From: Synechococcus sp.
GTDB lineage: Bacteria > Cyanobacteriota > Cyanobacteriia > Thermostichales > PCC-7336
NCBI GenBank assembly: GCA_051439605.1
Contig: JBFRWN010000065.1
Coordinates: forward strand, 19,833 to 83,832
Direction of reading: 5' to 3'
Length of the DNA: 64,000 bases
In this document: positions 1 through 8,969 of the stretch, piece by piece
Layout of the letters: each line of letters starts with the position of its first letter
Position numbering within the stretch: the first letter of the stretch is position 1
The notes under the pieces: model-generated
Database searches by the model: none
Seen by the model: only the letters and a program-made list of their open reading frames with translations
What the model was told of the DNA's origin: nothing
Position numbers and translations under genes: made by a program

Positions 1-73
1 GATTGTTTGCTCGAATGAGGGCAGATGGCGTAGCAAATCATTTACGGGTTTCCACTAACTAGGAGCTTTAAAC

Positions 74-958
74 ATGGGGTCTAAGCCAGATTTTTTGTTT
101 ATTGGTGCGATGAAATCCGCCACAACTACGATTAGCTCTCAATTAGATGCACAGCCTGGCATCTTCATGGTCAGCAAGCCCGACAAAGAAATTTACTACT
201 TTAGCTACGATAATAACTACGAAAGGGGCATGGATTGGTACACCGCTCATTTCGACCCGGCTGAGTCGGGCGATATTTGCGGAGAAGCGGCAACCACCTA
301 TACCCAACTGCCTACCTACCCCAAAGCTGCGGAACGCCTCTACCAAGACTTGCCCGACGCAAAGCTGATTTATCTCATGCGTCATCCGATCGATCGCCTC
401 ATCTCCCATTACATGCATGAGTACACAATGCGTACTATGTCTGTAGACATCAACGAAGCCATTCATCAATATCCCAATCTGGTGGACTACAGCAAATACG
501 CCATGCAGCTGAAGCCCTATATTGAAAGATTTAAACATCAGCAAATACTTCCTTCTTTCTTCGAGCGAATTAAGTCCGAGCCTCAAGCTGAACTCGAACG
601 AATTTGCCAGTTTATTGGTTATTCGGATACCCCCACATGGGACTTTGACATGAAGGCCAAAAACGCCTCGAACGAACGGGTCATGGAGGGGCCTATGATG
701 GATTTTTTAAGGAAGTCTCCTGTCACTGCAGGTATTCGAGCCCTGTTGCCAAAAGGCTTAAAATTCAGCATGAGAAAAGCGCTTTCCCCTAACATCGAAA
801 AACCTGTGATTTCGACCGAAAACATTGAATTTCTCAAGTCAGTCTTTGATGAAGATTTGGCCGAACTGGGCGCATGGATGGGATTAGAGCTATCCTGCGA
901 TACCTTCACCTCAGCCGTAACGGAGGGAGTTCCCAATTGGGCTGACGCCTATGTCTAG
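74..958 (+). CDS. Sulfotransferase family protein
   Basis: 5'-PSB motif PDFLFIGAMKSATTT, KEIYYF and 3'-PB motif RHPIDRLISHY; AGGAG SD upstream. Confidence 0.88.
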   Translation: MGSKPDFLFIGAMKSATTTISSQLDAQPGIFMVSKPDKEIYYFSYDNNYERGMDWYTAHFDPAESGDICGEAATTYTQLPTYPKAAERLYQDLPDAKLIYLMRHPIDRLISHYMHEYTMRTMSVDINEAIHQYPNLVDYSKYAMQLKPYIERFKHQQILPSFFERIKSEPQAELERICQFIGYSDTPTWDFDMKAKNASNERVMEGPMMDFLRKSPVTAGIRALLPKGLKFSMRKALSPNIEKPVISTENIEFLKSVFDEDLAELGAWMGLELSCDTFTSAVTEGVPNWADAYV

Positions 959-1234
959 CTCGACCGCAGACTGCTGGCTCGATTCAGTGTTTTTATAAAC
1001 GCTGAACGGTTGTTCGAGCGTTCCCAACGACAGGTTCTGCATATCCAGACTGGTTTCCATCAGCCCGGCATCTTGATGACGCTGGGCGAGGGTGTCACGT
1101 CCCGTACCGTTGCCACCGGATCTTGCGAACAATATTGAACTACCCGCAGAAACCCCATGGGAGCTGACCGTAGAGGATGGATTTTAAGCAAGAGCTGCAA
1201 GATTAAAACACTCTTTAAAGCCCACAGATAGTTT

Positions 1235-1276
1235 GTTTCACGGGATACGTTCTGAGTGAAGTCGGTCGCGTATTCT
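1235..1276 (+). promoter_or_regulatory. Putative NtcA-activated promoter
   Basis: GTT-N8-TAC (1235-1248, one mismatch to GTA-N8-TAC), then exactly 22 nt, then -10 box TATTCT (1271-1276), upstream of the ABC operon. Confidence 0.6.
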
Positions 1277-1357
1277 GCTGTCAACAGCATCCGCAATTTC
1301 CGAGTAACACTCCTGACCACCTCATACCTAGCATCGCTACCCGGACAGATCTTTTTT

Positions 1358-2527
1358 ATGGGTTTATCGTTTAAACCTACTCAGACATCAAACAACGCCA
1401 CCCCTCAGCTCCGTCAGGGGCTAGAAGGGGGGGTGTCTCTGCGTGGTGTGACGAAACGGTACGGTGCGTTTACCGCCATTGAAAACATCGATTTAGAGAT
1501 TGAACCCGGGGCTTACACCTGTTTGTTGGGACCGAGTGGCTGTGGCAAAACCACAACCTTGCGGTCGATCGCCGGCCACGAGAGCGTCAGCGAAGGGGAA
1601 ATCTGGATTGGCGATCGGCTGGTGAACGGGCTGCCCGCCGCCCAACGAAATACCGCTATGGTGTTTCAAAATTACGCTCTATTTCCCCACAAATCGGTGT
1701 GGGACAACATCGGGTTTGGCTTGAAAATGCGGCACGTTCCCAAGCAGGACCAGCAGCAAAGAATTGCAGAGGTGTTAGCCCTCGTCGATCTAGTAGAATT
1801 TGCCAAGCGCAAGCCGTTCCAGCTCAGCGGCGGGCAACAGCAGCGGGTGGCCCTTGCGCGGGCATTGGTGACGCGTCCTCAGGTGGTTTTGCTGGACGAG
1901 CCTTTGAGCGCTCTAGATGAGTCCCTGCGGGCGAGAACGCGAATGGAGCTGCGCAAATTGCAGAAGCAGTTTGGAATGACGTTCATTCAAGTCACTCACT
2001 CGCAGGACGAAGCGTTTTCCCTTTCCGATCGCGTTGTGGTGATGGATCGAGGACGAATCGATCAGGTGGGTACCCCCAGCGACATTTTTAATCGGCCTGC
2101 GTCTCGGTTTGTGGCCCGCTTTGTGGGGGACAACAACATCATGGTTGGCCAGGTGGTGCGGGTCTGCCACGGCAGCAGGGGGTCAGAGATCTGTCTCGAC
2201 ATCGATGGTATCGGTAGGCTGGTCTGTCGGGGTAATGCGGCCTCTGTCGGAGACCGGGCAGCCTGCTGCATTCGGGGCGATCGCCTGCACCTTATAGAAG
2301 CAGAAGCATCCCCCAATGTGGAAGCCTTGCCGAATCGGGTGCAAGCGCGGATTAGCTCCGTTGAATTTACAGGGTTTGTCAGTCGTGTATCGCTAATTGT
2401 AGAAGGAGGAAACTGCGAGTTTTTATACAAAGTTCGCACTGACGATTGGATGCGGTTTGGATACCAAGAGGGTCAAAGCATCTCCCTTGGCTGGACCGCT
2501 GAAGATTGTATTTTTCTCTCCCACTGA
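1358..2527 (+). CDS. ABC transporter ATP-binding protein (PotA-like)
   Basis: Walker A GPSGCGKT, signature LSGGQQQR, Walker B LLDEP, C-terminal TOBE-like region; ATG at 1358 preferred. Confidence 0.93.
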   Translation: MGLSFKPTQTSNNATPQLRQGLEGGVSLRGVTKRYGAFTAIENIDLEIEPGAYTCLLGPSGCGKTTTLRSIAGHESVSEGEIWIGDRLVNGLPAAQRNTAMVFQNYALFPHKSVWDNIGFGLKMRHVPKQDQQQRIAEVLALVDLVEFAKRKPFQLSGGQQQRVALARALVTRPQVVLLDEPLSALDESLRARTRMELRKLQKQFGMTFIQVTHSQDEAFSLSDRVVVMDRGRIDQVGTPSDIFNRPASRFVARFVGDNNIMVGQVVRVCHGSRGSEICLDIDGIGRLVCRGNAASVGDRAACCIRGDRLHLIEAEASPNVEALPNRVQARISSVEFTGFVSRVSLIVEGGNCEFLYKVRTDDWMRFGYQEGQSISLGWTAEDCIFLSH

Positions 2528-2611
2528 TTGGAGGAACCACTGGCAAGATTGCGATCGGCATTGCCCACAAATGCCGGCCCCCTCAACCATCCATATTGGG
2601 TAGGAGTGAAT

Positions 2612-3919
2612 ATGTCGAAACTCACGCGCCGCCGTCTCTTACAAACCGGTCTTGCTGCCGGGTCGATGCTAGCGGCCAAAGGGTTTTCAAATAACCCAGT
2701 GACTGCAGAACCCACCTCTAGCAAAGGGCCCATCATCATCGCCAATAAAATTAGCGATGTAACGCTGCGTTTCATTGGCACCGGGGTGTCCCAAACCAAA
2801 GGGATTAAAGAAAAGATCGAAGAGGACTTGGGGTTCAAAGTGGAGATGACTCCACTGAGCACCGATGACAATAACCGCAAGGCAATTCAGCAGCCCAAGC
2901 AATGGGACATTTTTGATGGCGAATATTTCAGCCTGCCGTTGGTGATTCCCTCAGGCAATATTCAACCGATTGACGTCAACAAGATTTCGCAGTTTGACAA
3001 GATTGTCCCCTTCTTCACCACCGGCAAATTTGACGGCATGCCAGTGGAGATCTCGCAGGGAACTGCTCCTTTCAAGGTTATGTACGTGACCGGTCCAGAT
3101 TCGAGCGAATTTGCCAGCGGACAAACCGATTACGCCACGCTGCTGCCCTTCCAATACAACGCCGATACCCTCGGTTGGCGTCCGGACTTGGTGGGAACGG
3201 AAATCACCTCTTGGGCACAGCTATTTGACGAGCAATTTAAGGGTAAAACCTCCATTCTCGATATCCCTTCCATCGGCATCATGGATGCGGCCATGGTGAT
3301 TGAAGCCACCGGCCTCATGACCTTTGGTGACAAAGGCAACATGACGAAAGCAGAGCTGGATGAAGTCACCAAGATCCTGATCGAGCAAAAACGCAATGGT
3401 CAATTCCGTGCCTTTTGGAAGTCATTTGATGAGTCCGTTAATTTAATGGCTCAGGGGGAAGTGATTTTGCAATCCATGTGGTCACCAGCGGTGACGGCGG
3501 TGCGGGCCAGAGGTCTGGAGTGCCAGTACGGTCCTCTAAAAGAGGGCTACCGTGGCTGGGGCGGTGGTGTTGGCCTCTCCAAGAACCTATCGGGAATCGA
3601 GCTGGATGCCGCTTACGAGTACCTCAACTGGATGATGGATGGATGGCTTGGGGCCTATTTGGGTCGCCAGGGCTATTACAGCGCTGCGCCTGAAAATTCC
3701 CGTCAGTTCATGGAGCCCTACGAGTGGGACTTCTGGTACGAAGGGAAGCCTGCTGCTCAGGATATCGTCGATCCCTTCGGCACTAAAATTGCGGATGCTG
3801 GTGTGGTACGCGATGGCGGTGCCTTTGCGGAACGAGTGGGCAATATTGTCTGCTGGAACTCCGTGATGGACGAGCAATCCTACTTGGTTCAAAAGTGGAA
3901 TGAGTTTATTGCTGCCTAA
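2612..3919 (+). CDS. ABC transporter substrate-binding protein (PotD/PotF family), Tat signal
   Basis: MSKLTRRRLL twin-arginine signal, AGGAG SD, position within the ABC operon. Confidence 0.88.
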   Translation: MSKLTRRRLLQTGLAAGSMLAAKGFSNNPVTAEPTSSKGPIIIANKISDVTLRFIGTGVSQTKGIKEKIEEDLGFKVEMTPLSTDDNNRKAIQQPKQWDIFDGEYFSLPLVIPSGNIQPIDVNKISQFDKIVPFFTTGKFDGMPVEISQGTAPFKVMYVTGPDSSEFASGQTDYATLLPFQYNADTLGWRPDLVGTEITSWAQLFDEQFKGKTSILDIPSIGIMDAAMVIEATGLMTFGDKGNMTKAELDEVTKILIEQKRNGQFRAFWKSFDESVNLMAQGEVILQSMWSPAVTAVRARGLECQYGPLKEGYRGWGGGVGLSKNLSGIELDAAYEYLNWMMDGWLGAYLGRQGYYSAAPENSRQFMEPYEWDFWYEGKPAAQDIVDPFGTKIADAGVVRDGGAFAERVGNIVCWNSVMDEQSYLVQKWNEFIAA

Positions 3920-4138
3920 CTTCTGTTGGAAAGTCTCATAGACATTCGGGTGCAGGGGGACGTTGTAAGCTCCTCCCCACAGCAACTGTATTAACGGTCT
4001 GGGGTACGGAATCGGTGAGCCCTGCCCCAGATATTGTTCAGTTTCGCGATCGCTCTTAGCTCATCTACCGCTGAGTGCTTTTTAGGTCTACCCAATCGGG
4101 TTAACGTTCAGACCAAACGACTGTCACACCGTTCATCC

Positions 4139-4996
4139 ATGCCGAAACTGCCCCCTAAAGTTCTGCCCTACCTGCTGGTGCTGCCCCAGCTATTGGTGCT
4201 GCTGGTTTTTCTGGTCCTGCCGATCTCTCTTATCGCGATCGTCAGCTTCTGGCAATTCAACGGCTATTCCATGTCGGCAGCCTTCTCGCCAGGCAACTAC
4301 ATCAACATTTTCACTACCCGAGTTTACCTCGACACCTATCTCAATACCCTCAAGTTTGTCAGTTTGATTTGGGGGGCTTGTCTCCTGATTGCGTATCCGG
4401 CGGCTTACTTCCTCGCCTTCTACATCAAAAGCTTTAAGTGGCAACTGTTCTGGTTTATTGTCTGCACCATTCCCTTTTTCACCTCCAACATCATCCGCAT
4501 GATTTCCTGGATTCCTTTATTGGGGCGGGAGGGGCTAGTGAATCAGGTTTTGCTCGGGCTAAACATCATTCAACAACCGCTCGAACAGCTCTTATTCTCA
4601 GACTTTGCAGTCGTACTGGCCCTCGTGCATTTGTACGTGTTGTTCATGGTGGTGCCAATCTTTAACAGCCTGATCCGCATCGATCCCACACTCATTTCAG
4701 CCGCTAAAGATTTGGGGGCTTCGGGATTCGAGGTGTTTCGAGAGGTGATCTTGCCGCTATCGCGACCTGGCATTGCCATCGGGTCGATTTTTGTGGTGAC
4801 CCTGGTAATGGGAGAGTTTATCACTGTCCGCTGGATGGGGGGAGGGCAATCCTCGTCAGTCGGCTATTTAATCAGCAATCAAATTGGCAGCCTGCAGTAT
4901 CCGCTAGCATCTGCTAACGCCATGGTTTTGCTGGCTGTGACCACGATTTTTGTGGCTGGAATTCTGCGGCTGGTGGATATCCGCAAACAGCTATAG
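4139..4996 (+). CDS. ABC transporter permease (PotB-like)
   Basis: Multiple TM helices, EAA-loop variant SAAKDLGAS. Confidence 0.9.
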   Translation: MPKLPPKVLPYLLVLPQLLVLLVFLVLPISLIAIVSFWQFNGYSMSAAFSPGNYINIFTTRVYLDTYLNTLKFVSLIWGACLLIAYPAAYFLAFYIKSFKWQLFWFIVCTIPFFTSNIIRMISWIPLLGREGLVNQVLLGLNIIQQPLEQLLFSDFAVVLALVHLYVLFMVVPIFNSLIRIDPTLISAAKDLGASGFEVFREVILPLSRPGIAIGSIFVVTLVMGEFITVRWMGGGQSSSVGYLISNQIGSLQYPLASANAMVLLAVTTIFVAGILRLVDIRKQL

Positions 4997-5049
4997 GGCA
5001 ATCGCCCACTTCCGTTCGCGCAAGTATTCTCCATTGGGCCAACCTGTCT

Positions 5050-5868
5050 ATGTCTTCCTCTTCCCACAAACCAATATCTTTCTTCGTGCTGTCAGCCTTT
5101 TTCGGCCTGTTCGTGTTGTTTCTCTACGGCCCCATGCTGGCTATTTTCACCCTCTCCCTGCAGGGTCCCGAAGGGTCCCTTACCTTCCCGATGCGGGGAT
5201 TTGGTTTCGACTGGTTGTCCGGAGTGTTTGAGGATCAGATTGTTGGGAATTTTATCGAGCCTTTTGGACGATCGCTGCTGCTGGGCGTGATGGTGGCGGC
5301 GTTGACGGTGGCGATCGCGCTTTCGGCGGGCCTAGCCTTCCGCAAAGCGTTTTTTGGGGCAACGCCGTTGTTTTACCTAACCATTGCTAGCCTAATTGTT
5401 CCTGGCATTCTATTGTCGCTGGGAATTGGCTTGTTATTTGAACTGTCGGGTCTAGAAATTCAGTGGTACTCTTCAGCGCTGGCGGGCCATTTAACCTGGA
5501 CGTTGCCGTTTGCTTTTCTGATTATCATTGGCATCTTCAATCGCTTTAATCCGTATTACGAAGAAGCAGCCAGGGATTTGGGTGCCAGCCGGTTTGCAAC
5601 CTTCCGCGAAATTGTACTGCCGTTAATTGCCCCCAGCCTGATTGGGGTGGCCATTCTCAGCTTTACCCTGTCCTATGACGAGTTCACCCGCACGTCTTTA
5701 ATTTCTGGAGAAAGCAATACCCTGCCCCTAGAAATCTTTGCCATGACCACCAACGTGACTACTCCCGCCATCTACGCACTGGGCACCGTCACCACGCTGG
5801 TGTCTTTTGGAATGGTGGGACTGGCGATCGCCTCTTACCAATATTTCACTCGACGGCGAGGGAGGTAG
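5050..5868 (+). CDS. ABC transporter permease (PotC-like)
   Basis: TM helices, EEAARDLGA motif, FTLSYDEF. Confidence 0.9.
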   Translation: MSSSSHKPISFFVLSAFFGLFVLFLYGPMLAIFTLSLQGPEGSLTFPMRGFGFDWLSGVFEDQIVGNFIEPFGRSLLLGVMVAALTVAIALSAGLAFRKAFFGATPLFYLTIASLIVPGILLSLGIGLLFELSGLEIQWYSSALAGHLTWTLPFAFLIIIGIFNRFNPYYEEAARDLGASRFATFREIVLPLIAPSLIGVAILSFTLSYDEFTRTSLISGESNTLPLEIFAMTTNVTTPAIYALGTVTTLVSFGMVGLAIASYQYFTRRRGR

Positions 5869-5872
5869 TGAA

Positions 5873-5967
5873 TATAGTTATGGCCATTTCAGTTCAATCC
5901 AACCCGGTAATGTCTAGTCGGGATTCGGGAGATCTGTCATGTCCTCTGCGACTTGACAGTCGCTATA
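5873..5967 (+). repeat. MITE-like dispersed repeat, copy A
   Basis: TATAGTTATGGCCATTTCAGTT ... GACTTGACAGTCGCTATA; aligns by eye with 7715-7808 (rc) and 50998-51083. Confidence 0.7.
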
Positions 5968-5981
5968 AATAGAACAAAGGC

Positions 5982-6338
5982 TTAAACCTTGGCGTCCATG
6001 TGCCGCAACCATTCAGACAGCATCTTCATCATGTCGATGGCAAAGTAAGGGGTTTCCTGAACGAGAAACAAGAACTCTTTACGATCCAGTATGGCGAGAC
6101 GACACTCTTCTAACGCAACTGCGGAAGCACTTCTAGGTTTGGCATCAATGAACGCCATAATGCCTAAAACTTCGCCTGGCTGGGCAACATGAACCGATTT
6201 TTGGTTGACTTGAACATCTACCCTGCCTTCCAGCAGAACGTAGCAAATTTCCCCAGGTTCCCCTTGTTGGAAAATCGTCTGACCGCTTGTGAAAGTATGA
6301 ATTTTTTTGGATGTCTGAAAGAAGTCAACGAGATTCAT
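5982..6338 (-). CDS. Stand-alone cyclic nucleotide-binding domain protein
   Basis: IFQQGEPG..YVLLEGRV, GEVLGIMAFID..PRSASA. Confidence 0.88.
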   Translation of the reverse strand: MNLVDFFQTSKKIHTFTSGQTIFQQGEPGEICYVLLEGRVDVQVNQKSVHVAQPGEVLGIMAFIDAKPRSASAVALEECRLAILDRKEFLFLVQETPYFAIDMMKMLSEWLRHMDAKV

Positions 6339-6579
6339 ATCGGAAAGCCATCAACGATTCAAGCGTTCTCTTGAGACTATCGCGTGATTGAAGGGGAAAC
6401 CAAGAAAAGCGATGGGTTCTAGCTGCCACCACTTGATGAAGGTTCTATCAGCCGAACTATCCCCACTGACTTCAGATCGAGCTCCCCGATCTGGAATAGC
6501 CAATTCCCAAGGCAAGTGACCCATCCAGAAGAAGATAGCTCCTCCCATATTGATTCAGTAATTCATCAGCTCCATAGAT

Positions 6580-6618
6580 AAAGAGGCCAGCCCAAGCAAC
6601 TGCAGGACTGGCCTCTTT
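6580..6618 (-). terminator. Rho-independent terminator-like hairpin
   Basis: AAAGAGGCCAG...CTGGCCTCTTT inverted repeat downstream of the DUF3155 gene. Confidence 0.55.
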
Positions 6619-6670
6619 AACTGATTTATCACTAGTTGTAGGTAAACCCACCTACACAGCGAAGCTCGGA

Positions 6671-6976
6671 CTATCGACCAGCCGCAACAGGCTCGTCAGA
6701 AATCAGCGATCGCAAGCTGGGGAAAAGGAAATGGTTCTCTTCAACATACTGAGCACCAAACAGACCTTTCTCAGCCCAGAAGAACCGATCGACAGTATGC
6801 TCGTTACGGCGAACCAACAGCAATGCCGGTGGGGTAATCCCATTGGCTGCAATATAGTTACGCGCAGCAGTTACTGGCTTTTCACTTCCACTATCTAGAC
6901 TGACCTGGGGGATAAGCTCCAGGATTTTTCGCCCTTCTTGTCTACGGCGACTTTTGCGCTTTCGTCTTCTAGCCAA
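6671..6976 (-). CDS. DUF3155 family conserved cyanobacterial protein
   Basis: (M)ARRRKRKSRRRQEGRKILE...FFWAEKGLFGAQYVEENHFLFPSL; TTG start with GGAGG SD. Confidence 0.82.
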   Translation of the reverse strand: MARRRKRKSRRRQEGRKILELIPQVSLDSGSEKPVTAARNYIAANGITPPALLLVRRNEHTVDRFFWAEKGLFGAQYVEENHFLFPSLRSLISDEPVAAGR

Positions 6977-7347
6977 AGAAAGCCTCCCAGGGATGTTAAC
7001 AAATTGATAAGGCACGCGGCAGTACCGTAACGTTCTGTGACGTCGGATACATAAGCCGCCCGAATTATAGCGATTTTGCCTTGAAAAAGCAATTACCTTT
7101 ATCACGTGATGCGGATCAATCTCGATTTGTTAACGTTTTTTTTGCTTCCAATCGAATTTTGTATCAAATTTGTAACAAGGGTGCTGCTGTGTCACGTTGA
7201 TAGCCGTTGGGATCTGCTAAGAAGAGTAAGATTACGCTACCCACTGAGAAGTCTCGACTCTTAAGATTGAGGCAATTATTCCAAATTTGCGCCTCAACCA
7301 ACATAGACCCAAACTGTCATATGCGCTACTAAACAGCAGGATTGCCC

Positions 7348-7590
7348 ATGTGTATTTGCATTCACTGTAATTTTGTTGATCGCTGCGAAACCTACCATGC
7401 CGTTGAAACCCAGCATCAGCAACCCCACCTCACCCAAACCCCGTCATTTGAGGCTGTGCGGCCACAAATTAATGTCAATATCCGCAACAACGGGCAAGAG
7501 ATGGAATGGGATGTAGTGGGATGCGACAGCTTTGTAGAGCACAAGGATAAGTGGGCCCGCCTGCGACCGGGAGAGGTCGTACCGACATAA
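7348..7590 (+). CDS. ycf34: Ycf34 family Fe-S protein
   Basis: MCICIHCNFVDRCETYHAVE...EWDVVGCDSF. Confidence 0.92.
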   Translation: MCICIHCNFVDRCETYHAVETQHQQPHLTQTPSFEAVRPQINVNIRNNGQEMEWDVVGCDSFVEHKDKWARLRPGEVVPT

Positions 7591-7714
7591 TTGTGCCGAT
7601 ATGAAAAAGGGATCGAGGAGTTAGCCGAACTGGGATATTCTATTTGATTGCTAGATGTGTCGGGCTGGTTGTCAGTCTTTTCGTCCGGTGGGATGATAAT
7701 TGGGCTATTCCAGC

Positions 7715-7808
7715 TATAGCGATCGTCAAGTCGCTTCTGACATTTTAGCTATCCCAATCCATGACTGGGCATAGAGACTTGCGTCCTCACTAAAATGTCA
7801 AAGATTTA
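7715..7808 (-). repeat. MITE-like dispersed repeat, copy B
   Basis: ATAGCGATCGTCAAGTC is identical (17 nt) to the reverse complement of the end of copy D; internal blocks also match. Confidence 0.72.
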
Positions 7809-7898
7809 TTATGACGGCGATTAATGGCGATAGGGTCTTTAATCATCGCCAGTTAACATAGATATTTTTGACCATACCCCCATTAGAAGAATCGTTCT

Positions 7899-8900
7899 AT
7901 GACCACTACTTCAGAGGCTCCGGTGCAGACCACGCGAGAACGCGTCAGTCAGTTTTTAAAATCCCTACAAGACACTATCTGCGATACCCTCGAACAGCTA
8001 GATAAAGAAGCATCTTTTCAAGAGGATTCTTGGGTGCGCGAGGAAGGGGGCGGGGGTCGCTCTCGAGTGTTGACAGAAGGGCGAATTTTTGAAAAGGGTG
8101 GTGTCAACTTCTCGGAAGTAGAGGGCTCGAAGCTGCCGCCATCGATTATCAAGCAACGGCCAGAAGTGGAAGGACACGGATTCTATGCCACCGGTACTTC
8201 GCTAGTGATCCATCCCCGCAACCCTTACGTACCAACCGTTCACATGAACTACCGTTATTTTGAGGCGGGACCGGTTTGGTGGTTTGGTGGGGGAGCTGAC
8301 TTGACCCCCTACTACCCGTTTCGGGAGGATGCAGCCCACTTTCACAAAACACTGAAGGGTGCCTGCGATCGCCATCATGCAGATTACTATCGGGCATTCA
8401 AGTACTGGTGCGATCGCTACTTTTACTTGCCCCATCGAGGAGAGACGCGGGGGGTTGGTGGCCTGTTCTTTGACTATCAAGATGGTCGTCCAGGTCCATT
8501 GTGCAAATCTAGCGCCCCCAATATTGATGAAAGTATCGCTCAATTGTCGATTGGCGATCGCAGCTGGGAAGATATCTTTAGCTTTGTCCAAGATTGTGGC
8601 AATGCATTCTTACCCTCATACGTGCCCATCGTAGAACGGCGCCACGAGACCGAATATGGACATGCCGAGCGTCAATTCCAGCTCTACCGCCGGGGTCGTT
8701 ACGTAGAATTTAACTTGGTCTACGACCGAGGAACTATTTTTGGATTGCAAACCAACGGCCGCACCGAATCCATCCTGATGTCCTTACCGCCATTGGTGCG
8801 CTGGGAGTACGACTACCACCCGGAGCCAGGCACCCCCGAAGCAGAGCTCTACGAGGTGTTTCTAAAGCCCCAACCTTGGGCTACTGAAACCGTTAGCTAG
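7899..8900 (+). CDS. hemF: Oxygen-dependent coproporphyrinogen III oxidase
   Basis: [44 protein letters not shown]. Confidence 0.97.
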   Translation: MTTTSEAPVQTTRERVSQFLKSLQDTICDTLEQLDKEASFQEDSWVREEGGGGRSRVLTEGRIFEKGGVNFSEVEGSKLPPSIIKQRPEVEGHGFYATGTSLVIHPRNPYVPTVHMNYRYFEAGPVWWFGGGADLTPYYPFREDAAHFHKTLKGACDRHHADYYRAFKYWCDRYFYLPHRGETRGVGGLFFDYQDGRPGPLCKSSAPNIDESIAQLSIGDRSWEDIFSFVQDCGNAFLPSYVPIVERRHETEYGHAERQFQLYRRGRYVEFNLVYDRGTIFGLQTNGRTESILMSLPPLVRWEYDYHPEPGTPEAELYEVFLKPQPWATETVS

Positions 8901-8969
8901 GACGCTTCAAATCGAGATCCATGTCAGACCGACAAGGGATGTTTTTCTTGCAGAGGCCAACTTTTGCTT

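Noticed and set aside
960..1230. Riboswitch (e.g. guanidine-I) upstream of the ABC operon
   Set aside because: No recognisable conserved aptamer motifs.
8480..8565. Insertion within hemF
   Set aside because: A variable insertion at this position is usual in cyanobacterial HemF.
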